43,593 bases of DNA from an uncultured Gemmatimonadaceae bacterium. GTDB taxonomy: Bacteria > Gemmatimonadota > Gemmatimonadetes > Gemmatimonadales > Gemmatimonadaceae. Under the pieces are notes generated by a model. The model ran no database searches and was not told where the DNA came from. It saw only the letters and a list, made by a program, of their open reading frames with translations. Each line of letters begins with the position of its first letter. The first letter of the stretch is position 1. The DNA is taken from contig CAWHHI010000002.1 in the NCBI GenBank assembly GCA_963829055.1, positions 1-43,593 of the forward strand, written 5' to 3'. This document shows positions 34,884 through 43,593 of the stretch, in pieces. A program made the position numbers and the translations under genes.

Positions 34884-34903
34884 GCCACTGTAAAGCCACT
34901 GTA
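34882..34903 (+). promoter_or_regulatory. 11-bp direct repeat upstream of the LuxR-type gene
   Basis: AAGCCACTGTA x2, perfect, with a period of one helical turn. Confidence 0.45.
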
Positions 34904-35007
34904 AGTGCTGGCCAATCCTCCCATAAGCACGAGGTAAGAGCGCCCTCACAATTTCCTGCGCGTCGCCGGCACGGTGCCGGCGAGGGCGATCACAATCGGA
35001 GGCATTC

Positions 35008-35967
35008 GTGCTGGCGACTCGCGACGACGTGTACCAGAACTTCCCGTCCACGGCTCCCACCCGCTACGAGACGCTCTCGGCGGCCCAGTCCCTCGCCTCG
35101 CTCGAGCGTGCCCTCCACACTCTGCTTTCTCCCTTCGACTACTCGACCGCCGCGGAGTGGCTCGACGCTGCCTGCACCGCGATGGGCGAGGTCACCGGCA
35201 GCGAGTTCCGCATGCCGACCGTCGCGTCGGGCGAAACCGCCTGGGACGCAATCGAGCGTGCGCTCGACGCGTACGCCGCGCGTGTGAGCGCCGCGGCCAC
35301 GGCGGAGAATCTGCAGCGGGCCGCGATGATCCGCGTGCTCGTGCCCCCGTTCAAAGCTGGCGTCTCGGAATGGCGTCGCCTCGCGTCGCGTCGCACCGAG
35401 CTCGCTGCGCTGCTCGACGCGATCCCGGAGCCGGTGCTGATGTATGACGGTTCGGGTGGACTCGTCCACGCCAATCCCCGGGCGGCCGCGTTGTTCGGCA
35501 TGCCCGGCGCGGCCGGGCCGGGCGCTCAGGTTCGCACCGAAGCGCAGCGCATGGCCTGGAGCCTGGCCGCTGCGGCGCAGCGTTCGGCGAAGGATGCAGC
35601 GAACGAGTCGAAGGCCGCCAACACGCCGGCGCTTCGCGAAGTCCGAGCGGACGGTCGGGTCTACCATCTGCGCGGCACGCTGGCCACGGGGTGGATGCCG
35701 GGCGGCGAGGCCGGCGTTCTCGTGACGGCCGCGTTCGAGCTCGTGAATCCGCTGACCGACCTCGAGCTCCGTAGCCGCTACGGCCTCAGCGCGCGCGAAG
35801 TCGAGGTCGCGCGTCTTGTCGCGACCGGCTTGTCGAACCAGGAAGTCGCTGAGCAGTTGGGCGTCAGCTACTTCACCGCGCGCAACCACGTCGAGCGCGT
35901 GCTGTCGAAGCTCGGCGTCGGCAACCGTTCGCGCGTGGGCGCGGTGCTTCGGAACGAAGCCGCGTGA
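35008..35967 (+). CDS. LuxR-type HTH regulator with a PAS-like domain
   Basis: LLDAIPEPVLMYDGSGGLVHANPRA. C-terminal LSAREVEVARLVATGLSNQEVAEQLGVSYFTARNHVERVLSKLGV. GGAGG RBS. Confidence 0.9.
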   Translation: MLATRDDVYQNFPSTAPTRYETLSAAQSLASLERALHTLLSPFDYSTAAEWLDAACTAMGEVTGSEFRMPTVASGETAWDAIERALDAYAARVSAAATAENLQRAAMIRVLVPPFKAGVSEWRRLASRRTELAALLDAIPEPVLMYDGSGGLVHANPRAAALFGMPGAAGPGAQVRTEAQRMAWSLAAAAQRSAKDAANESKAANTPALREVRADGRVYHLRGTLATGWMPGGEAGVLVTAAFELVNPLTDLELRSRYGLSAREVEVARLVATGLSNQEVAEQLGVSYFTARNHVERVLSKLGVGNRSRVGAVLRNEAA

Positions 35968-35979
35968 AGATCGCGTGCC

Positions 35980-36101
35980 AGCTGGTGAGGGCAGGCGAGG
36001 CAGGCCGTATTGCCGGAATTGGCAACACGACCCCTCCAGCACGGGAGGGTCGCCTTTGCCAATTCCGGCAATGAGGCCAGAATCGCCTGCCCTCACCAGC
36101 T
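35980..36101. repeat. ~120-bp hairpin between convergent regulator genes (possible bidirectional terminator or small repeat element)
   Basis: AGCTGGTGAGGGCAGGCGA / TCGCCTGCCCTCACCAGCT (19 bp) and ATTGCCGGAATTGGCAA / TTGCCAATTCCGGCAAT (17 bp) perfect arms. Confidence 0.85.
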
Positions 36102-36113
36102 TACGCCGATCCA

Positions 36114-37968
36114 CTACCCGGCCTTGATCTCGTCGTGCAGCTCGCGGGTCTCTTCCTCCGGCTCGGCGTCCAGCTCTTTGCGAAGCCGTTCACTGAAGCG
36201 CTGGTAGAGCCGGAGCGCCTGCGATCGTTCACCGACGCGAGCATAGCACCGCATCAATGCGCGGGTCGCGTCCTCGTTCAGGTCGTCCCGCGCGAGTAGG
36301 CGGCGATACGCATCGGCCGCCTTCGCGATGCGATCCTCCGTCGCGTGCTGGTTTCCGAGCTCCATCAGCGCGTCGCTGAAGAGGCGCTGTAGTCGATCGC
36401 GATGGTCGAGCGACCAGTCGCCCGCCGGCTCGCCGTCCATGAAATCCCCTCGGAAGCGCGCGACCGCGCGCTCGAGTGCCGCAACGGCGCCCTCTTCCCG
36501 ACGTTTGAGCGCCCGCCGCGCCGCGACGATCTCCCGCTCGAACTCCGCGACGTCGAACTCCGCCACGACTTCCGGGTCAACGCGGTAGCGGTCGTTCGAC
36601 AACGTGATCCAGTCGGGGTTGCGCAGCGCTTTGCGAAGGCGATGCAGCGTGACGTGGAAGCTGTTGCGGAGCTGTGTGGACGACGCCTCCGGCCAGAACG
36701 CGAGGCCGACCTGTTCCTTCGTTCGACCGTCGGGGTGCATCAACAGGTAGACGAGCAGCTCGCGCGGCCGCGCCGATCCCCACACGGTGGTGTCGATGGC
36801 CTCGTTGCCCACGAACACCTGCAGCGGACCTAACGCGAGCACGCGCAGCATGTCCGTGGCGGGCGGAGTGACTGGCGGCACCACGGGCACGTCGCCGAGT
36901 ATGGGCACCTTGTACTCCGCGGTCTGCATGCCGCCGGCGTCGCTCGCAATCTGAGCGACTTCCTCCATGGGCATGTGGCGGCCCTCGTCGTACATGCGCT
37001 CGTAGTATCCGCCCAGCTGCTCGCGCGCGATCTTCACGAGTCGCTCGCGCTCGCCGCGGTCCGACGCCGGCAGCGCGATCGCGACGCGCTCGCGGAGCGC
37101 GTCGACCGCACCCATGAGGCGGACGCCATCCGCGTATCGCTCGCGAGCGATCACGAGGCCGGCGAGTCCCTCGAGGTCGAGCGCGAGCCCCCAGCCATCA
37201 CCGACCTCGAGATGAACGCGGAGACCATCGCTCAGTCGAGCGTACGCCTCGTCGTACTCGCCCAGCTTGCAGAGCACCCTGCCGAGCATTGCGCACGAGT
37301 GAGCGAATGACGTCCGGTGGCTGATCTGCCTGCCGAAGCGAACACCGTCCTCGAACATTTCGCGCGCGAGTTGGAGCTCGCCGCGGACGACCGCACCCCA
37401 CCCGCGCCAGAAGCGGATGAAGGAATGCAGAACCGAAAGCGGCAGGGGCTTCGCGATCTCGAACGACTCGTCCAGCAGCTGACCGGCGAGCGACGTTGTC
37501 GCCGAGCATGATGTACGTGGCGCCGAGCTTGGAGAGCACGAACGCGATGGACGAGACGTCGCCGTGGGCTCGGAACAGCGCCAGGCTCTCGGTGAACGAA
37601 CCGCGGCACTGCTCGTAGTCGCCCTGAGCGAGCGCGCTCAGACCGTCGGCCGCGAGCGCTCGCGCGCGCAGCAACGGATCGACGTCACGCGCGTTCGCGA
37701 GCGCGCGGGCGATCTGGTCGCGCGCCTGTTGAAACTGTCCCGAGCCGTACCAATACCCCGTGCCGTACCAGTACCAGAACAGCGCATCGGCGAAGCGCAG
37801 CGCCTGCTCGGCGCGTGACGGATCGCTCGCAGCCCACGCGGATGCGTCGCGGAGGTTGTCGTGTTCGACCGCAATGCGTGCGAGGAGTCCGGGCTCGTGT
37901 TCGCCGCCGATCAGCAACGGCGCAAAGCGTTCGGCAAACTCGAGGTAGTGTCGCGCGTGGCGTTGCTT
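36114..37968 (-). CDS. TPR-containing regulator with C-terminal wHTH-BTAD; N-terminus (probable NTPase) missing at the junction; indel near 37485
   Basis: RHARHYLEFAER...EHDNLRDA (post-NB-ARC region), TPRs, LRVLALGPLQV...RPRELLVYLL...AFWPEAS, EDATRALMRCYARVGERSQAL. Confidence 0.82.
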
Positions 37969-37994
37969 AACCAGTTCGCGCTCGGGCTCTACTG

Positions 37995-38214
37995 TCACTG
38001 ATCTTTCCCTCCCGTACCTCAGGTAGACGGGTACACGCCCCCGGCTCCCCCCAACACGATCCCGATCCCGAAGAAACACGTGGCTGGTCCCGACGAGCAT
38101 GTCGATGAGCCACCCAACCAGCCCCAGGGTGAGCATCCCCGCGATCAATGTCGAGACGATGGCCCACCCGGTTCCGAGACCGGACCAGGCGTCATCTGGT
38201 CGCCTGTCCGTCAT
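37995..38214 (-). CDS. AtpZ/AtpI-family small membrane protein (first gene of an atp operon), frameshifted
   Basis: DDAWSGLGTGWAIVSTLIAGMLTLGLVGWLIDMLVGTSHVF...VYLRYG. Followed by an overlapping GTG (VTVEPERELV) that is cut off by the junction. Confidence 0.7.
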
Positions 38215-38224
38215 GAGCGCACAG

Positions 38225-38254
38225 AGTATAGGGGGACGCTTTCTGGACCGTCAA
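38225..38254 (-). promoter_or_regulatory. Sigma70/HrdB-type promoter of the atp operon, nearly leaderless
   Basis: Minus strand TTGACG-18 nt-TATACT, ending 10 nt before the ATG at 38214. No Shine-Dalgarno sequence. Confidence 0.7.
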
Positions 38255-38290
38255 ACTCGTTTCCGCAGGTCAGAAGGCATGTTTCGGAGC

Positions 38291-38308
38291 TCGTGAAACG
38301 TTTCACAA
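38291..38308. promoter_or_regulatory. Rex-type operator
   Basis: TTGTGAAACGTTTCACGA (minus strand) has one mismatch to the Rex consensus TTGTGAA-N4-TTCACAA. Confidence 0.7.
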
Positions 38309-39566
38309 AGTCTTGGGGAGCTGCCGCCGGTTCAGCGAGGCGATGAAGCGCCGGAAGGCGTCGGTCCACGCCTGGATCTGCTCGGGCGTGAGCGGCGCGT
38401 ACGAGTGCAGGTCCTTCGACGCCTCGAGTGGCAGGAACACCGCTCACTGGCCGCGAGCGCCCTCAGCGCCTTCTCGGTCGCACCTGTTCGGACCGCGTCG
38501 GCGTCGGCGAACGATCGAGTCCTTCGCGGAGGGCACCGGCGTGATGTACGCGACCCATTCCGTGATCTGCGCCGCCACGTCGGGTTGGTAGACGTAGTCC
38601 ATCAGGGTGATTGCGTCGACCGGGTGCTGCGCGCCGACCGGGATCACCACGTTGTCGGTCCAGATGAGTCCGCCGTCCGTCGGCGTCGAGAACTGCAGCC
38701 CCTTGGCGCGCCCAGCCGCGTTCTCCTGGTAGATGTCGCCCGACCACGCCATCGTCGCGACGACGTCGCCGGTCGACAGCGCGTTGATGTAGTTCTGTTT
38801 GAAGAAGGTCACCTGCAACCCGTGTCGATCCGGTCGCGGAGCCAGTCGGGGGCGCGCTTCCAGTCGGCTTCGGTCGAGCTCTCGGGCTCGATCCCCGCGG
38901 CGAGCATCACGATGTTGGGCATGTCGACGTTGTCGCTGAACAGGCCCACCTTGCCGGGAAGGTCGCCGGAGAACAGCTGCTCGAGCGTCTGACCGGATGG
39001 CCGCCGGTCAGGTCGGGGTTCCATCCGATTCCCGTGACGCCCGACTGCCAGGGCATCGAGAACTGGCTTCCCAGGCTCGTAGTCCCGGTCCTTCGCGAGT
39101 CGGACGCGTAGCGGTCGAAGTTCGGCCGCATGTCGGTCGGCAGCGCCATCAGTTGGTTCAGGCCCATCATCTTGGTGAAGGTGATGCCGTTCGTGATCAC
39201 CGCGATGTCCCAGCCGCACGGCGTGCCCGCCGCGAGGTACGGCTGGATCTGCTGGTAGAACACCTCGGCGTCGGGGATCACCTCTCGGTAGTTGACCTCG
39301 ATGCCGGTGTCCTCGGTGAACCGTTGCATCGACGGCCGCACCACCTGGCCGTCGGCGTCGCGCTTGCGGTCGATGTACAGCGGCCAGTTCGCGAAGTCGA
39401 CGCGGCCGCTCGGGCCCCCGTCGAACGGACCCGAGGCCGTGTCGGCACAGGCCGCGAGGATCGGCGCCAGAGCGGCGGCACCGAGCAGACCCCCGGTCCC
39501 CCGCAGGAACGCACGGCGCGAGACGGGCCGTGCCAGGTGCCGCTGGATGTCCGGTCCGTTCGTCAT
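38303..39566 (-). CDS. potD: Polyamine (spermidine/putrescine) ABC transporter substrate-binding protein, Tat lipoprotein; many indels; 3' end approximate
   Basis: SRRAFLRG...LAAC signal, FANWPLYID, PWQSGVTGIGWN, MAWSGDIYQ, IWTDNVVIPVGAQHPVDAITLMDYVYQPDVAAQI. Confidence 0.8.
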
Positions 39567-39651
39567 CTGTCCCGGGTCCTCTCGGGCTCGCCCCACGGCT
39601 CGGCCGGCCGGGCCGCGGCCGAAGCAGGTATCGGCAGCGGGTTCGGGAACC

Positions 39652-40552
39652 TTACCGGCGCGGTTCAGTCTCCGCGCCGCGGGCACGCAGGATCTGGAGT
39701 CCCGCCGCGAAGACGCCCGCCAAGAACAGCACGGTGCCCCACACGTTGACCTGCGGCGGCACACCCAACCTGGTCGCGCCGAACACCCACGTGGGGAACG
39801 TGCTGCTGGAGCCCTTCACGAAGTTCGTGATCACGAAGTCGTCGAGCGAGAGCACGAGCGCGAGCAAGAACCCGGCGACGATGCCGGGCAGGATGATGGG
39901 CAACGTCACCCTGAAGAAGGCAACCCGCGGGTTCGCGAACAGTATCCTGGGCGGCGTTCTCCATGGACTCGTCGAGCCGTTGCACGCGCGCCCGCACCGT
40001 GATCGCGACGACGCGATCGAGAACGCGATATGCGAGACGAGGATCGACCAATAGCCGAGCGGGATGTACAGGCCGAGCGGCTTGCTGGACCCGAGCTGGA
40101 CGAAGATCGCCAGCAGCGAGGAGCCGAGCACGACTCCGGCATACCGCGTCGCGAGGAAGATGACGAAGTTCGTCAGCGCCCGGCCGCGGAACCGGTAGCG
40201 CCCGAGCACGAGCCCCACGTAACGTCCCGAGCCCCGTCGCTCAGTTACAGGCGCTGCGGGGAAGGCGACGGCCAGTGAGATCGGCGAGCGCATGGTTCAG
40301 CTCAGGGACCTTGAAGATCTTCCGCCAGTGCACGATCGTGTAGCAGTGGAGTCGCGTCGTCTGGCGTTCGCTCTCCCCGGTGTTCGGGATGATGTTGAAG
40401 CTGTACACGATCATCACCAAGACCGGGGAACGCGAGGTACACGACGATCGCGCTCGTGAACACCGGCAGGATGAACCGGGTCCATCGCTTCCGCGGCGTC
40501 CGCATGGCGCTTCGGGGATGGTGACGACGTCCTCGACGACGGCCGTGCTCAT
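39652..40552 (-). CDS. potC: Polyamine ABC transporter permease; indels
   Basis: MIVYSFN, LVSHIAFSI, VTLPIILPGIVAGFLLALVLSLDDFVITNFV, GVPPQVNV. Confidence 0.8.
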
Positions 40553-41499
40553 GCCGTCGCCGCCGCGGGGTCGTAGTCCTCGGTCCCGAGCACCCGCGTG
40601 TAGATCGACCGCGATCGACCAGCATCCCCAGCATCAGGATGACCGAGAGCGCCGCGGCGATCGGGTATCGCGGCGGACGAGGAAGAAGTCCTGGATCACC
40701 TGGCCGATCATCGTCGTTCGCGGACTGCCGAGCACGACCGAGTTCACGTAGTCGCCGGTCGCGGGCACGAACACCAGATGATCGCCGCGAAGATCCCCGG
40801 GGAACGCAACGGCAGGACGACCTTGCGGAACGCGGTCGCCTTCGACGCGTAGAGGTCCTTGGCCGCCTCCACCAGCCGGTGGTCAGATCCGCTCAGCGAC
40901 ACGTACAACGGCAACGCCGCGAACGGCATGAAGTTGTAGGTGATGCCCGCGATGATGGCCACCGGCGTGCGCAGGATCGTGAAGTCCTGCGGGACGAAGC
41001 CCAGGCTCTTCAGCGGTCCGAAGATGAGCCCGTTCGACCCGAGGATGAAGTTCCACCGCGACGGTCCTGAAATCACGAACGACACGAAGAACGGGACGAG
41101 GATCAGCATGAAGAGCGTCGACTTCCACCGGCCGCCGTAGACGCGTCCAGTACGCCATCGGATAGGCCAGGCCGAGGCACACCGCCGTCGCGGCACCCGG
41201 CGTAGAGCAGGGTCCGGAGGTAGATGTCGCCGTAGCTGCTGAGAGGGCGGTCGGGTAATTGATCATTCCCACGAGAACACCGACGTCCGCCGGTGGTGAA
41301 CAGCCCGCGGTCGACAACGACGTGTAGAGATGATGATCAGCGGCAGCACGAAGCCGCGGACCATGTAGATCCCGCCGGGAGCGAGCTGGATGTACGCGGC
41401 GGGCTGGCGCCGCCGGGCGAGCGCACGCTCGCCCTGCGCGCGGGCCGGGTTCCACCCCTTCGGGACGTGCCCCTCGACCTCCGCCGGCGCTTGGCTCAC
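40549..41499 (-). CDS. potB: Polyamine ABC transporter permease; indels
   Basis: LILVPFFVSFVI, GITYNFMPFAALPLYVSL...LVEAAKDLYAS...FRKVVLPL. ATGA overlap with potC. Confidence 0.8.
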
Positions 41500-41504
41500 G
41501 TCGC

Positions 41505-42795
41505 CTACTGCTCCCAGAAATTCGGTTCGAACGTCGCGTGCCAGGCCTTCGACTCCTCGCGACGGCGAGGTTCCGGCCGAGCGAGACCTGGCTCAACAGT
41601 TCCTGGTCGGGCCACAGCAGCGGGTTCTCCGCGGTCTCCTTGAGCTGCAGCGCGTAGTTCCCGGTCTCCGCGTCGCGTGCTTCGCGTATCAGGTCCTGGA
41701 CCGCGGGGACCGGCGACATGTACAGGATGTACTCGGTCAGCATCTGCGCGTTCGCGGGGCTGTAGTAGAAGTCCATCAGCTGCAGCGCGCCGGCGGGGTT
41801 CGCCGAGTTCGCCGGGTAATCAGCATGTTGTCGATCCACAGCAACCCGCCGTCGGCGGCTTGATGAACTTGTACGGCTTGCCGCCCCAGGTTTGTAGGAG
41901 CAGGACGTCGCCGACGATGCCATCGTGCCGGACAGGTTCTTGGCGTTCAGGTCGTCGACGTAGCCCTGGTCGTAGGCGTTGGTAGAAGGTCTCCGAGTCC
42001 CGGAGCTTCGTCAGCCACTCCGCCGCCTGATCCATTCGGGCTGCTGCGACGACTTCGGGTCGATGCCCAGGTTGATCATGACCAGGTTGGGCGCGTCTTC
42101 CTTCAGGACTCCGACCGAGCTCGGCGGGAAGAAGTCGGTGCTCATCAGATCGTCGAGTTTCGTCGGCGCCTTGACGACGAGCTCCGTGTTGTAGCCGATG
42201 CCCGTGATGCCGGACTGCCACGCCATCGTGTGCCGGTTACCCTCGTCGTAGAAGGGGCTCTTGGCCCACGACGCCGCGTTCTTGTCGAAGTTCGGACGGA
42301 ACGCGGCGTCGAGCTCGGTCGCCCACCCGTTCGCGATCAACGCGGCGAGGTACTCGCCGTTCGTCATCACGGATGATGTCGCGGCCGGTGTCCTGCCCCG
42401 CGCGCGGAGCTGCGGCAAGATCTCTACCGAAGAACGAGGCGTTGTCGTTGATCTCGTCCTTGTAGCTGACGGTGATGCTCGTCTCGTTCGTGAACTTCTC
42501 CAGCGACGGATAGGTTCCGTGCGCCTTGTCGATGTACAGGGGCCAGTTCGAGTAGTTGGACGTGGTCGGTGGCAGTCGTCGGATCGAAGCTTGACCGAGC
42601 CCGCCGGCTGGGTCCCGCCGCCGCTCCCCCCGCAAGTCGCCCGCAGCACGCCGCGCGGACCCAGGCGCGCTCAGGGGTACCGACGGAGATGCCGCCGTAG
42701 CTTGATCATGTCGCGGCGCCGCACATCCGGCGCGAGGTGAGCCCGCGCGCCAGAGCCGCGTCGAAGCCCGGCAGTCCCTGTGACCCTTTCGTCAT
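41505..42795 (-). CDS. potD: Second polyamine ABC transporter substrate-binding protein; many indels
   Basis: YSNWPLYIDK, AWQSGITGIGYN, ANPAGALQLMDFYYSP. ATGA overlap with the potA stop. Confidence 0.78.
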
Positions 42796-43593
42796 TCGTC
42801 GTCCTCCTCCATGGAGAGATCGTCTTGCGGGGCGCGACCGGGAAGGTGTATTCGGGGTTCCAGGTGAGCGTGACCGCCTCGCCCTGGCGGGGCGCCTCGT
42901 CGTCGCCGAGGTTCTGGACGTAGACCGTGAGGACGGTCCCGTCGGGTGTCGAGACCTTGTACTGCGACTGACGCCGATGTAGGTCGTGCGCGATCGTCAC
43001 CGTGCCCTCGATGCTGTTGTCTCCGTTGGGCGGAGCGTTGCCGCGGGTGATCTCGACCTTCTCCGGCGCACGCCGACCTTGACCCGGCGGGCTGCGTCGG
43101 ATGGGATGCGCGCGCCGGGGACGGTAACGGTTCCGCCGTGCGTGAGCAGCACCGTGCTGCGGCCGTTCGTCGACTCCTTCACCTCGCCCTCGAGCAGGTT
43201 CGACGCCCCGAGGAACCCGGCGACGAACTCGGTCGCTGGGTTCTCGTATAGCCGCTCGGCGAATCGCCGAGCTGCTCGATCTTGCCGTGGCGCATGACGG
43301 CGAGCCGGTCGCTCATCGTCATGGCTTCCTCCTGGTCGTGCGTCACATAGAGGAGTCGTGACCCTGATCTCCTGCTGGATCCGCTTGAGCTCGAGCTGCA
43401 TCTTCTTGCGGAGCTTGAGGTCCAGGGCTCCCAGGGGCTCGTCCAGCAAGAGGACCTTCGGGCTGTTGACCAGGGCCCGTGCGAGCGCGACCCGCTGTTG
43501 CTGGCCGCCGGACATCTGCGGCGGCCGTCGTGCCTCGAAGCCGATCAGGTCGACGAGCCGCATCGCGTCCTTGACCCGCTGTTCGACCTGATC
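42792..43593 (-). CDS. potA: Polyamine ABC transporter ATP-binding protein (5'-truncated, indels)
   Basis: [59 protein letters not shown]-like C-terminus. Confidence 0.88.

Noticed and set aside
37198..38214. Novel AtpZ-TPR fusion protein
   Set aside because: The ORF is produced by frameshifts plus the probable chimeric junction.

Overview
GC-rich bacterial sequence, apparently from an error-prone long-read assembly: indels break even the essential glnS. It falls into two parts. Bases 1 to ~37.97 kb look like a Gemmatimonadota-type chromosome (inferred from gene families). This part encodes a cytochrome c/TPR protein, a PP2C phosphatase with a multi-GAF histidine kinase, a papain-like C1 peptidase fused to an alpha/beta-hydrolase, an AlkZ/YcaQ-like protein, cysteine synthase, a TolC-MFP-RND efflux operon, a membrane-anchored SARP/BTAD regulator, a MipA/OmpV protein, two duplicated (ADOP/MacB-like) permeases with a PadR, a Fic protein, glnS, a Tpx-like peroxiredoxin, and LuxR and BTAD regulators. 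At ~37.97 kb the sequence switches mid-gene to a heavily frameshifted, actinobacterial-looking block (potABCD-type polyamine ABC transporter, a Rex box and the start of an atp operon), most likely a chimeric join. The most notable non-coding signals are: (i) a ~300-350 bp modular palindromic element in three copies with copy-specific compensatory changes between its arms; (ii) a strongly over-represented octamer, CGTTAGGC, embedded in genes in different frames and on both strands; (iii) a shared TTGACG-N6-TTGACG-N20-TANNNT promoter architecture upstream of both the efflux operon and the MipA gene, suggesting a SARP-controlled envelope regulon; and (iv) several nested REP-like hairpin mosaics. 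No rRNA, tRNA, CRISPR array or transposase was seen.
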